Part shown: positions 10,686 to 21,100 of the stretch, in pieces
Layout of the letters: each line of letters opens with the position of its first letter
How positions within the stretch are numbered: the stretch's first letter is position 1
From: Savitreella phatthalungensis
Lineage: Eukaryota
NCBI GenBank assembly: GCA_051599415.1
Contig: AP039713.1
Location: 124,001 to 188,000, forward strand
Direction: 5' to 3'
Length of the DNA stretch: 64,000 nt
Program-made: the position numbers and the translations under genes
The notes under the pieces: model-generated
Told to the model about the DNA's origin: nothing
The model's input: the letters and a program-made list of their open reading frames with translations, nothing else
Database searches by the model: none

Positions 10686-11319
10686 GCGAGGGTGAGGGAG
10701 GGACGGAGAGAGAGTGACTCGAGGTGTGGTTGATACAGCCACAGGATGGACGACGTGTACGACATGATCCTGTTCTGATACCCTTGTACAAGGGTGTATT
10801 CAGGGTGCCTGTGCGAGGGGGTTGATAAGTCTGTGGAAGGGTAGCACAAGGGTCAATCTATTGGCGACAGTTGGAAATTTCAACTAGATGGATTATTTCC
10901 TAATTTGGTATTACATCCAAATTGACCTCGAGCAGATTCTTTCTTTCACTTTCTCCTTTTGATTCCTCTCAGATACAAATTTAGAACGTGAAACTTGTGC
11001 TGTTACGGATACAACGTCAGAATGTTCAACTTGCATGAGTGTATCGGCCGCGTGACGAGGGCAAATCCTCTTATTGGACAATCACCAATCAATCCCAGAA
11101 TTGCCAATCACCACTCAACTCAAGCTGGTTCAAATTCGACGAGTTCAAAACTCTCAATTGCTCAATGACCAGTAAGCACGTGCATATGCACATGACTGTG
11201 CTTGATTGTACAACGTTTGAGGTAACATAGCAGCACGTGTATATGTACTGATCATCCTGTCCCAATGCACGGAAACAATTCATAATAGAATCTAGTGTGC
11301 ACCTATGCACGCTCCTCTA

Positions 11320-13239
11320 AAGTCGAATTACCGAAACCTGGACACGTGTTATCATGGACACAAAAAAATACTATGTTTCTGTCGCTTCTTCGCCAAGGCC
11401 TTCCTTGTAGACTGCGCAGTGCTCAATGGGAGCACCTCTGCTAGGGCTGTACGCACGCCAGCCTCGCCCCTGGCCTGTAGCCAAGCCTCTGGATCAATCT
11501 TAGCCTTCTTAGCCTCGTCTAGCACGAACTGCCAGCGTGCATCTGAGATCTCACTGCCTAGCAGGCCTAATAGCCAGTCCATCGAGGGGAACATCGCCTG
11601 TGGATTTACCCTGTGCACAGTGCAAGTGAGCCTGCCCTGGAGGGTTTCTATGGTGGCCAGGGCATCCTCCAATCGAGCACTGGCGCTCTCAAAGCGTGTG
11701 TGCAGCTCCTCATAGTGCGAGGCAAATTGTGTGCGATCTAGCAGTGCGCTGTCCAGGATGTCTAGCTGCGTTTCGCCTGCCTTCAGCACCAGTGATCGCG
11801 TCCTTTTTGGAGGTAAAGGAGTGCTGCCAAGTAGGTTAGTAGGCAGTGGTTGTAGAGGCAATTGTAGAGCAGCGCTACTGTCCTCAACGCCGCCCTGTAC
11901 CTCGCATCGGTGCTTCGCTAGCCCTCGGCGAATAGCATCCATGTGATAGGGGTTTATACCTGCTGCCTTGAAGCCAGAAAGGATGTTTTCGCGCGTCATT
12001 GCTGCATTGAAGGCTGCACAGAAGGCCTTGATAAACTGTACGCGCGTGATTGACTTTCCACCTTGCCTGTAGGATAAGGCCTTCACCTGTTCGCTGTATT
12101 TCCTCTTGAGAGGCGAGAATATAGCTAGGTCAAGAGGCTGTGTGATGTGGGAGCTGTGAGCAGGCAGGTAGACCAGTTTGAGATCGTTCTTCGCGCATAG
12201 GTAGAGAAACCTGTGTGTAATGTGAGGTCCTGCGCCATCGATCACAAGGATGCGCGTTCTCTGTGGCTCGCTAGCAGTAGCAGGCAGGAAGATGTCCAGC
12301 AGCCAGCTGCACATGATCTCTGAAGTGGCGAAGCCGTTTGAAGAGTGAAATGATCGTACCACGCTGCCTGGAGGCCCTAGGTATGCTGCCTCATCTGGCG
12401 GCCTTGTTCCTTCCTCCTTAGCCTTGGCCCATGCCTTGATCTTTGCCTCTGTGCGTTTGAAGATGAGGATTGGCGGTAGATGTGCGCCTGCTGCAGAGAT
12501 ACAGGCTAGGCAGGTAATTGTTTCGCGATTTCCATTGTCTGCTGCGTAGTTCGCAGTTCCTCGGACCTTTCCCACAGGAACCACCACCTGTGTGGTCTGT
12601 GAACGTCCCACCATGAGGCCTGATTTGTCAGCGTTCCACACGTCTTCAGGCTGCACGCTGTGCGCCTTAAGGTAGCTGCCTAGGCGCTGCCAATACGCGT
12701 CCACAGCAGCTGGATTCACTGCGTACAGGCGCGCGTGGTCAATGCGCCTTGCCAGGGTAGTCTCAATGGTAGGGTGACGCCTTTTGAAGGAGTCAAACCA
12801 CCTTCCGCCAAGCCAGTCTGTGTTTCCGCGAGATCTGTAAAAAAGGTCTGCTAGATCCTGCACCTCTACAGGCATCATAGGATAACCTGCAGCTGCTCTG
12901 CTGTTGACTATGTCAAGGACAGCCTGTTCCTGTGTCTTGGTGAGTCTCTGGCGTTCTTCTGCTGCTGTGTGGTAGCCCCTATTGCCATTGGAAAGGCGAA
13001 GGTGCAAAGAACTGGAGGATACGTCAAATTCTGCTGCAGCTTCGCAAATAGAGATAGCTCCTGCCTCCTTTCCCTCCAGGTAGTACTCCACAGCCGCCTG
13101 CATGCGTAGCTCCTTCTCCTGGTCCTTCATAGCAGGTATTTGCCTAGTAGCAGTGTCTTGAAGGTCAAGGTGTCAGTTCAAGACGCGTCTAAATTACGTG
13201 TCCATGATAACACGTGTCCAGGTTTCGGTAATTCAACTT
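11320..13239 (-). mobile_element. Tc1/mariner superfamily, pogo/Fot1-like DNA transposon, apparently full length
   Basis: 42-bp TIRs at 11320-11361 and 13198-13239 (AAGTYGAATTACCGAAACCTGGACACGTGTTATCATGGACAC, 1 mismatch). TA flanks both ends (11318-11319, 13240-13241). Single transposase ORF inside. Confidence 0.95.
11352..13130 (-). CDS. pogo/Fot1-type DDD transposase (HTH-psq, CENP-B HTH and DDE_1 domains)
   Basis: 592 aa, uninterrupted. 'WFDSFKRRHP', 'WNADKSG', 'LVIDGAGPH', 'LPAHSSHITQPLDLAIFSPLK'. Confidence 0.93.
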   Translation of the reverse strand: MKDQEKELRMQAAVEYYLEGKEAGAISICEAAAEFDVSSSSLHLRLSNGNRGYHTAAEERQRLTKTQEQAVLDIVNSRAAAGYPMMPVEVQDLADLFYRSRGNTDWLGGRWFDSFKRRHPTIETTLARRIDHARLYAVNPAAVDAYWQRLGSYLKAHSVQPEDVWNADKSGLMVGRSQTTQVVVPVGKVRGTANYAADNGNRETITCLACISAAGAHLPPILIFKRTEAKIKAWAKAKEEGTRPPDEAAYLGPPGSVVRSFHSSNGFATSEIMCSWLLDIFLPATASEPQRTRILVIDGAGPHITHRFLYLCAKNDLKLVYLPAHSSHITQPLDLAIFSPLKRKYSEQVKALSYRQGGKSITRVQFIKAFCAAFNAAMTRENILSGFKAAGINPYHMDAIRRGLAKHRCEVQGGVEDSSAALQLPLQPLPTNLLGSTPLPPKRTRSLVLKAGETQLDILDSALLDRTQFASHYEELHTRFESASARLEDALATIETLQGRLTCTVHRVNPQAMFPSMDWLLGLLGSEISDARWQFVLDEAKKAKIDPEAWLQARGEAGVRTALAEVLPLSTAQSTRKALAKKRQKHSIFLCP

Positions 13240-14756
13240 TATATATATAGCAAGGAAGATAACATTCAGCCTGTATGTTCAGCCCATGACGTTCACAGAC
13301 TGCACATCATCCCTCTAGACGCTTGACACAGAGCGCTTCGACCTTGTCAGTCTTACACGTGAATGAGTGCTACTTCTGTGGACCGTGTGATGGCTTGTAT
13401 ATCATATATGCTGGGGATGTGCTTTGCACGTGCACATGAAGTGGAATCTCCACCGATCGGATTAGCCCGAAGATAGGCGTCATCCGTCCATTTCAGTCCC
13501 CGCAAAACGCCCGGTCTCGAGGATCCATCAAAGTTATCTACCGGGCTTGTGCGGCGGGGCCCCTGGAGTACCTCTACCTCATCACACTGCACGTCATCTT
13601 CACAAGGACTCGTTCCTCCATGAAATGACTTGTTCTATCTCTCCCCCTGATCTCCCTCTCCACTCCCTGTATTGTATCCTTTTTAACACCCCTCTCCCGG
13701 ACAACTCGTGTGACTATGCACGCTCGGAACTGGCCGGTCCAACCTGTGCCTGGCTTTTGATACAGTGTCCGTGGACATGACCATTCTTGTTTTCTTCCTT
13801 CTTCCCTGATCCCAATCCAATCACACCTAGTCTGGCTCTTGCTAGAATTGCTCGTGTGACCTCGACTTGATCTCTACTTTTTTCCATGGGCCACTTCTCC
13901 GGCTCTATCAGGATCTACTTCTGCAAGGGTTCAGAGATTCCTTTGGAGATTTCCAGCAGTGTACCTCTTAGCTATCGGAAGTTCTGTGCGAGGGTTCTGA
14001 TTAAGCTGAAACCATATCTTCTCTCTATCTTCACAGCCATTAGATTAGAACTCTGTGGCGTTTGAAAATTCTGTGTACGACCGAAGGTCGTTTTGTGCTA
14101 GATTAGATTTCATCTACCCTGTGCTAGGGTAGAATCAATCTACTTGGATCCTAATCTCTTGCCCTTCAAGGTGCACTTATCTCTCTCACCAGACGCCCCC
14201 CTCCTCACCCAGGCCTTCCCGATCCTCTTCCAGGTATGCATACAGGGTCTTCTGGAGCCAGTCTCCACCACGCTTCTCTCGTTAAGCGCTATCTATCATC
14301 CTTCTAGGGCTATCATCCTTCTCGGGCGGCAGTTGATCTCTATCTCTACGCGCGTACCGGAGTCAGACTGACCCGAAGCTTCTGCTGCTGCAAGTGCTTT
14401 ACCAGCTACATGCATACACCTAAATCTCACTTGATCTGGTCAACTGGAACGTCCAGCCTGGTATTGGCACCAGGGCCTAGGATCCACTAGACCGGCTCCA
14501 GCACCTCTTTTCCTTTTTATCCGGCAGACTGACTTACCAAGAACTCTATCTCTTCGCCTAAGATTGCAAGTATCAACTTGCCAACCTGAACTCACCTACC
14601 GTGCCGAAGTCTTCCTTGACCTGCAGACGACCTTCTCCAATCTCTTACTCTCCATAAGAGAACGCTTGTCTGCACCTGAGTGACAGAGAAACCTATCCAT
14701 CAATACAGAGTCTCTTCTGAGTCCCTCTCACTCTCCTCTCTCTTGCCCCCTTCTCC

Positions 14757-14780
14757 CTCTTCTTCTTCTTCTTCTTCTTC
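14757..14780. repeat. (CTT)n pyrimidine tract directly before the permease start codon
   Basis: Visible in the sequence, immediately 5' of ATG 14781. Confidence 0.85.
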
Positions 14781-16358
14781 ATGTCGAAGACTCAGTACGC
14801 CGAGGAAGGCAAGGAGGTCGGCAGCCTCGAGCTTGGTCAATCGACCTCGCCGCTCGACATCGAGACTGGTTCCTCACATTCGATCCATGGCAAGCTCAAC
14901 AAGTTTGCGAGGATTCTCAGGATGGAGGAGACTGGTTACGAGTATGTGCCGCCGGAGAAGCGGACAGGTCACTCGACCCTTGATGCTGGCACGATGTGGT
15001 TCAGCGCAAACCTGAACGTCTCATCCTTAGCACTTGGCGCTCTCGGCGTCAGCATCTTCGGCGTCGGATTCGTCGACGGCTTCCTCTCGATCCTCTTTTT
15101 CAACGCGCTCGCCATCATCCCGGTCTGCTACTTCAGCATCTTCGGATCACAGCTCGGTCTCCGACAGATGATCATCCTCCGTTACTCGTTCGGCACCTTC
15201 GGAACGCCTATCCTCGCGGCCCTGAACGTGCTCGCTTGCGTCGGCTGGTCGGCCAGTAACGCGATCGTCGGTGCTCAGATCCTCAAGGCCATCTCCGGCC
15301 AGATGCCGATCTGGGCAGGCATCCTCCTCATCACAGTCCTCACCGGCCTCATCACCATCTTCGGCTACAAGCTCGTCCACATCTACGAGAAGTGGTCGTG
15401 GCTGCCTTCCCTCATCTGCTTTTTCGTCATCATCGCTGGTATCGCTCAATCTGGCGACTTCACCAACATCCCCATGAGCACTGGTGTGATCGAAGCTGGT
15501 GCAGTGCTCTCGTTCGGTGCATCCCTCTTTGGATTCGGCATCGGCTGGGCACCGTACGCGGCAGACTACCAGGTCTACCAGAAGCCGACGGTCAACAAGC
15601 TTCGCGTCTTCGTGTCGACATACCTCGGCCTGTTTGTGTCGCTCGTGTTCTCTGAGACGATCGGTCTTGCTGCCGGCACGCTGCTCAAGGCAGAGTCGAC
15701 GACCAAGTATGCTGACGCGTACGATGCCAACTCGATCGGTGGCCTCGTCGGTGAGATCTTGTCGCGCTACGGCAACGGCAGCAAGGTCGTCCTCGTCCTC
15801 CTCGCCCTCTCCGTCATTGCCAACAACGTCCCCAACAACTACTCTGGTGCACTCTCGATCCAAGCGCTGTGGTCGAAGCTGGCCATCATCCCTCGCTGGC
15901 TGTGGACCGGTATCATGACTGCAGTCATCATCGCCGTCGGCATCCCTGCCTCTTCCCACTTTGCCCTCTTCTTCGAGCACCTGCTGCTCGTGCTTGCATA
16001 CTACATTGTCGCGATGTCGGTTATCGTCGCTGAGGAGCACTTGATCTTCCGGAAGAACTCGTTTGCCAACTACGACTGCCTCTCCTGGAACACATTCGTG
16101 AACCTGCCGATCGGTCTAGGAGCGATCTTTGCCCTCGCCTGTGCTGTCGCAGGCATGGTCCTTGGCATGGTCCAGGTCTACTGGACAGGACCAGCAGGTG
16201 GCGCCATTGGACCCTTTGGCGGAGACATCGGCTTCGAACTCTCAGCAGCATTCGCAGCCATCGTCTTCCCAATCGCCAGATCCATCGAGCTCAAGTTTGA
16301 GTCACGTCTCCAGCAAAAGATCTATGGTCCTTCAGGCTTCCTCAACTTCAAGTCATAA
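14781..16358 (+). CDS. Purine-cytosine permease (NCS1, FCY2-like)
   Basis: 525 aa with about 12 TMs. 'MWFSAN', 'GLRQMI..RYSFG', 'GWAPYAADY', 'NNVPNNYS', 'GDIGFEL'. Confidence 0.92.
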   Translation: MSKTQYAEEGKEVGSLELGQSTSPLDIETGSSHSIHGKLNKFARILRMEETGYEYVPPEKRTGHSTLDAGTMWFSANLNVSSLALGALGVSIFGVGFVDGFLSILFFNALAIIPVCYFSIFGSQLGLRQMIILRYSFGTFGTPILAALNVLACVGWSASNAIVGAQILKAISGQMPIWAGILLITVLTGLITIFGYKLVHIYEKWSWLPSLICFFVIIAGIAQSGDFTNIPMSTGVIEAGAVLSFGASLFGFGIGWAPYAADYQVYQKPTVNKLRVFVSTYLGLFVSLVFSETIGLAAGTLLKAESTTKYADAYDANSIGGLVGEILSRYGNGSKVVLVLLALSVIANNVPNNYSGALSIQALWSKLAIIPRWLWTGIMTAVIIAVGIPASSHFALFFEHLLLVLAYYIVAMSVIVAEEHLIFRKNSFANYDCLSWNTFVNLPIGLGAIFALACAVAGMVLGMVQVYWTGPAGGAIGPFGGDIGFELSAAFAAIVFPIARSIELKFESRLQQKIYGPSGFLNFKS

Positions 16359-16516
16359 TTGTCGCTTCCAAAGACCTTAGCTTTCTATTCCTTGTACATC
16401 ATCACATCTACACAGACAGACACACACGCTCTCTCTCTCTCTTTGATAGAACCAATCAACGACGACAGACTTGCAAAAATCCATCTTCATTAACGTCTCA
16501 TCTCCATTCATCTTTC

Positions 16517-18322
16517 TTACTTGAACGACTTGAGTGGATCCTTGTTACGACGACCTCCCCTGCCAGACTCCTTCTTGCTTCCACCGCCGCGAGTCCTGTT
16601 CCTATTACGGGCATTCCGAATCCTATTGCCTGGACCCTGCTTTGCAAACGGTACGAAACCGACCTTGTTAGTCTGCGTCCCTGGCTGGCCTTCTCCGCCT
16701 GTTGCGGAGTTTGCATGGTTTGCAGGGAGCAAGTAGTCTGGCACGTTCTTGAGGTGTGGTAGGATTCTGTCGGGGAGTGCCTCGGTATCGTGCTTGATGA
16801 GCTGGTCTAGCTTTGCTGCGTTGTCTGCAAAGAACCCGTCTCTGAGTGTATCTGACGCTAGCAGCTGTCTCCTGATCTCCTTTGCTCGAGCCTCTCGCAC
16901 CCGGGTCGAGGTGACCGATCTGAGGGCGTCGTTGCACCGGTACGCGAAAGCGTCTGTGGACGATCGATCGAACGCGTACGCGGTCACGGCATTTCCTCGA
17001 GACTCCTGGTCGGCAGAGATCAGCGAAAGCACTCGCTCGTCGCGGTCGGAACCGCTGACACTCAATCCAGCTTTCCGAAGCTTGCCAAACTTCGACCGAG
17101 GAACAACAAATGAGAGCGCAACCCCAGACCGCCCAGCACGAGCAGTACGTCCAATCCGGTGGACGTACGACGTCACCGACCGAGGAAGGTCAAAATTTAG
17201 CACGCAGTTGACATTGCGGAAATCGACACCGCGAGCAGCACCGAACTCTCGATCGGTCTTGCGGGTGGTAGTGGAGGTTGTTGGTCGTTTGCGTTTCTTT
17301 GTGGGTGGGATTGGAGATTCTGTGTCTGAGGTTTGGTGGTCGAGGTCTTCTGGGCCGAGGATTTCGGATTCATCAGAGGCGATGACGATGTCGTAGACGC
17401 CCTTGTTGAACTCGTCGAGGATGTGCTGGCGAGAGGCGACTGGGAGCTCGTGGTTGAGGACGCAGGACTTGACCGCGAACTGCTCGAGGAACAGCTTGAG
17501 GCGGTACGACCTGTCGAGCTCGTTCACAAACACAATCACCCGCCGGCCCACAAGCCGGAGCTTGAGGATGATGTAGGCGTACAGGAACTTGTCGTCCTCG
17601 CCGGCGCTCAGGTGGTACTGCATCAGTTGGCCTTCCGCCTTCGCATCCTCTGACTCTGTCAGCCGCAGGATCACGGGGTCACGCGTCAGCCGGTCTTTCA
17701 GCGAATCCACAGACGCATCTAGCGTCGCAGACATCATCACTGTCTGCAGCCCGCGCGGCAGAGAGTTGGCCAGGGTCATGAGGTCGTCAGCGTGGCCGTA
17801 GCTCGAGACGAGGTCAGCCTCGTCCACCACGAGCACCTGAAGGTCAGATAGGATGAGGGAGCCCCGGTTGACGTGCATCAGCGCGCGTGCCGGCGTTGCG
17901 ACGACGATCGATGGGTTCTCCGAAAGAGCCGTGCGTGCCATGTCGTCAGACACGCCTGCAGCGTTCAGGTTCAGCACAGATACCAGCCCGCCCGTGTGCG
18001 CAGCAAATCGGCCTGCAGTCTTCGTCACCTGCTCCGACAGCTCCTTTGTCGGGACCAGCAGCAAGGCGGCTGTCGTGTCAGGTTTCTCTGACCGAGTTAG
18101 CAGCTTCTGCACAACCGGAATCAGATATGCGGCAGTCTTGCCAGACCCGGTTTTCGCCCGAGCCAACACATCCTTCCCGCTCAGAATCAGAGGAATTGCC
18201 TCTGCTTGAACAGGCGTAGGAGTCTTGAAGCGCAGGGTCGAGATGGCTCTAAGCAGACGAGCATCTAGGGCGAAATCATCAAAGCTAGCGCTGGTCTGAG
18301 TGGCAGACTCATCCGCAATCAT
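16517..18322 (-). CDS. DBP9: DEAD-box RNA helicase Dbp9 (DDX56)
   Basis: 'ARAKTGSGKTAAY', 'DEADLVSSYG', 'SAT', 'YRLKLFLEQF', 'RGVDF', 'HRIGRTARAG', 'AFAYR...ALRSVT', 'HLKNVPDYL', C-terminal 'DPLKSF'. Confidence 0.95.
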   Translation of the reverse strand: MIADESATQTSASFDDFALDARLLRAISTLRFKTPTPVQAEAIPLILSGKDVLARAKTGSGKTAAYLIPVVQKLLTRSEKPDTTAALLLVPTKELSEQVTKTAGRFAAHTGGLVSVLNLNAAGVSDDMARTALSENPSIVVATPARALMHVNRGSLILSDLQVLVVDEADLVSSYGHADDLMTLANSLPRGLQTVMMSATLDASVDSLKDRLTRDPVILRLTESEDAKAEGQLMQYHLSAGEDDKFLYAYIILKLRLVGRRVIVFVNELDRSYRLKLFLEQFAVKSCVLNHELPVASRQHILDEFNKGVYDIVIASDESEILGPEDLDHQTSDTESPIPPTKKRKRPTTSTTTRKTDREFGAARGVDFRNVNCVLNFDLPRSVTSYVHRIGRTARAGRSGVALSFVVPRSKFGKLRKAGLSVSGSDRDERVLSLISADQESRGNAVTAYAFDRSSTDAFAYRCNDALRSVTSTRVREARAKEIRRQLLASDTLRDGFFADNAAKLDQLIKHDTEALPDRILPHLKNVPDYLLPANHANSATGGEGQPGTQTNKVGFVPFAKQGPGNRIRNARNRNRTRGGGSKKESGRGGRRNKDPLKSFK

Positions 18323-18853
18323 CTGCGCAACCCACAAGGAGCAACAATTTGACTCTCAAGGACTCTAGAGACCCTTGTAGAGCGAGCCTAAGGTCAAAGC
18401 AGGACAGGAGAGCTTGAGAAGTGACGTTGTTGGTTGTTGACCTGTGCCTTTTGTGACACAGGTGACACAGATCACGTGTATATACAAGTATAGATTGATC
18501 ATATATGATTGATCATTCACGTGTCTACAAGCCACAAACTTTTGGCGAGATAGAATGCAGAGCCACAAACACGTGCAGATTCGCCTGAAATCGGCTTCCT
18601 CACCGCGCTTTCTCAATTTCCTAGTCTCACAAACACAGTCTCTCTCATCCTCATCATCCTCTTCATCCCCATCCTCACTCCCAGTCTCAGCTCGATAGAG
18701 AAGAAGCGTGAAAGTACTTAGGTCAGTCGAATACCTATCTACACATACACACAGTCAAGGTAAGTTCTATACGAAGTGGCGCTGACCTATTGCTCATCGC
18801 TCTGCTTTGATCTCTTAGTCCGATTGCTGACGGACTCTTGTTTCTCTCTACAG

Positions 18854-19178
18854 ATGACGTTCTTTGGCATGCGCAAGTACCCTACACCGATCCAGAAGCC
18901 GATGCTTCCATTCTTCATCGGTGGCGCAGTCATGTTCTTCGCCATCAGCTCGCTCGCAGACACGCTGATGGACTCGCCAGCATACCGCAATGATCCGCGG
19001 AACCCCAAGGGTAAGTGACTCTTCATCGTCAACTCTCCTGCTCTCGCCCTCGGTCATCACAGGTGTACTGTGCCGAGTGATGACTTCCTGGCCCAGCACT
19101 TGCATGGAGATCTTGGATTGCTCGGGAGTACTGACACCTGTCACAGCGCAGCTCAACAAGGACACTGAGCACCACTAG
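18854..19178 (+). CDS. ATP18: Mitochondrial ATP synthase subunit i/j (exons 18854-19010 and 19147-19178; 5'UTR intron 18760-18853)
   Basis: 'MRKYPTPIQKPMLPFFIGGAV...DPRNP' signature. The GTAAGT...ACTGAC...CACAG intron at 19011-19146 restores the frame to 'AQLNKDTEHH*'. An upstream GTAAGT...GCTGAC...TACAG intron ends at the ATG. Confidence 0.88.
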
Positions 19179-19733
19179 ACACCTTCCCATGCTCACCCGG
19201 ACACCGGTGTAGTGACCCGGCCCACATACGACGACAAGAGAGCGCAACCGTCGCAGCAGGCGTCAAGAATACTCGGCCGGGCCTCTGTACGCGTACGCGT
19301 ACGAGAGGCAAAGGAGGATCTGTAGCTCACACCAAACCACAACAAGACTTTTGCATTTGCCCTTGACACCCATGACACCCACAGCCTTCTCTCTCTTTCT
19401 CTCTCGTTTGAATGAAACTAGAGCGTCTAAGCTCCTGTAGACTGCCCTGAACACTCACACTCAGTGAGTCTGTGGGTGATGTGTGTATGAACATGGGTAT
19501 GGGTTATGGTCAACCAAACCAGAATTCCATCAACGGCTTACCTGCACGGGAAATATATTCGGTCTTTCCACTGCATAGGCAAACCACAACGCGCGCGCAT
19601 ACACAATTCAACACATAGATACACACCCAATACACTACACTCTAAAGAACAGCGTACAAGACACCTACACGTCACACTCGTACACTACTACTCATACTCA
19701 TACGCTACTACGCTTGCGGGCCACAGGAGAGAA

Positions 19734-20312
19734 ATGAGTCTAGGACTATACACAATCAGTCAATTGATTGTTCTTGACAATGCTGGCGATCGATTATTCT
19801 TCAGGCAATTCACTCCACCCCATCCCACGACCACCCTCTCACATTCACCACCTACACCGTCCGCCCAGCGGGCATTCGAGAAGGACATCTCCGACAAGGC
19901 ACACAAGCAGAACGGTGACGTGATGGTGGTGGATGGGAAGGTGGTTTGCTACAAGTCGTCCGTGGACATTTGCGTGTACGGAGTTGGCGGGAGTGTTGGT
20001 GTTGAGGAGTTCAACGAGGTGATGCTGTACAACGGGGTGGTGACTGTGAAGGAGGCGATGGAGGTGGTGTTGAAGGGCAGCGTCGACAAGAGGGCGCTGC
20101 TCGACAATTACGATGTGCTGGCGATCGTCGTCGACGAGGTGGTCGATGCTGGCATTATTCTCGAGACGGATCCTATCACCGTCGCTACCAGAGTATCGAG
20201 GCAGCCAGCAGCAGGAGATCTACCAATCCCGCTAGACTTCTCAGAGAGGGGCCTCCTCAACGCGTACCAGATGGCCAAGCAGAAATTCGCAGATCGGATC
20301 CTGCAAGGGTAG
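19734..20312 (+). CDS. RET3: Coatomer subunit zeta
   Basis: Longin fold. 'VLDNAGDRLF', 'QRAFEK', 'NEVML', 'VDKRALLDNYD...VDEVVDAGIILETD'. Confidence 0.92.
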   Translation: MSLGLYTISQLIVLDNAGDRLFFRQFTPPHPTTTLSHSPPTPSAQRAFEKDISDKAHKQNGDVMVVDGKVVCYKSSVDICVYGVGGSVGVEEFNEVMLYNGVVTVKEAMEVVLKGSVDKRALLDNYDVLAIVVDEVVDAGIILETDPITVATRVSRQPAAGDLPIPLDFSERGLLNAYQMAKQKFADRILQG

Positions 20313-20467
20313 AAACTCACAAGACATGCGACGGGATCCCCTCGCACATACCTCTGGACGCAAACGCACGCTGTATATACGATTACCAATTGGGATGAGA
20401 TTGTCTCTGTCTGGTCTACCTCGTCATGGTCTTTGTCTTCGCCTCTGTCTTCGTCCTTGAATTTGTG

Positions 20468-20956
20468 TTACGTGAGGACTTGGGCTTTGTCATTGTCTTT
20501 GATCTCGTCTTCGTGCTCGTCTTGCGCTTGTCCTTGGTGGTTTGTGAGAGGTTTGGGTGGGTCTGATGACGACCGTCGTGGTTGTGATGGGTTTGATCTT
20601 GTTGCTGGAGTCTGTACTGCTGAATCTGCCACGCTCGAATATCTTTGGGATCCTGGTGTCGGGCTCGGTTTTGGGCTGGTGGTGGGGACGGTTCGCGTGA
20701 CTGGACGGACGACTTCTGCATGGTTGCTGAAGCTGACGTGAGATCGAGGATGAGTGCGATCGCGCGAGGAGGAGGAGGGCGTGACATCGACTGCAGCAAC
20801 CAAGCAGCACAGCCCACGAAAGACACCCCTAAAAACAGCCGTTACACACGAGATCGGCAAGAACGGTCCACACTCCTCAGTCGTCTTGGCCGACAGCGGG
20901 TAGGATAAAGCTGAGCGTGCGTCGGAAGGGTGTCTAAGCTTCTTTGTGGTTGCCAT
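20468..20956 (-). CDS. Hypothetical low-complexity protein
   Basis: 162-codon ORF from ATG 20956 with a Cys-containing N-terminus and S/P/T-rich body. No family recognised. Confidence 0.35.
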   Translation of the reverse strand: MATTKKLRHPSDARSALSYPLSAKTTEECGPFLPISCVTAVFRGVFRGLCCLVAAVDVTPSSSSRDRTHPRSHVSFSNHAEVVRPVTRTVPTTSPKPSPTPGSQRYSSVADSAVQTPATRSNPSQPRRSSSDPPKPLTNHQGQAQDEHEDEIKDNDKAQVLT

Positions 20957-21100
20957 GGCGGATTGGATGTGTTGGTGTTTCTGGGTAGCGGAATGTGGGC
21001 GAGGGGGCGACGAAGATGGAGGGGATGACTTATTTTGACGTTGAGGGAGAGGAAATTGGCGAGGCACCTTCTTCAGGGAAGACCACAGAGACCCTGGGCG

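Noticed and set aside
9377..10850. Short ORFs upstream of the bHLH gene
   Set aside because: No recognisable motifs or codon bias, and they are interspersed with microsatellites. Probably UTR or regulatory DNA.
11317..13242. Alternative reading of the element's ends as TAA/TTA (PIF/Harbinger-type duplication)
   Set aside because: TAA and TTA are not a direct repeat, and the transposase is pogo/DDE_1 type, which fits TA.
19073..19125. SECIS-like ATGA...GA arrangement in the ATP18 intron hairpin
   Set aside because: Helix II does not pair properly, the location is intronic, and no in-frame UGA selenoprotein candidate is present.
20108..20470. Frame stays open with a similar D/E/K composition after the TAA of the 20468-20956 ORF (possible readthrough)
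   Set aside because: Explained by a degenerate GACGAR-type hexamer tract and by antisense overlap with zeta-COP.
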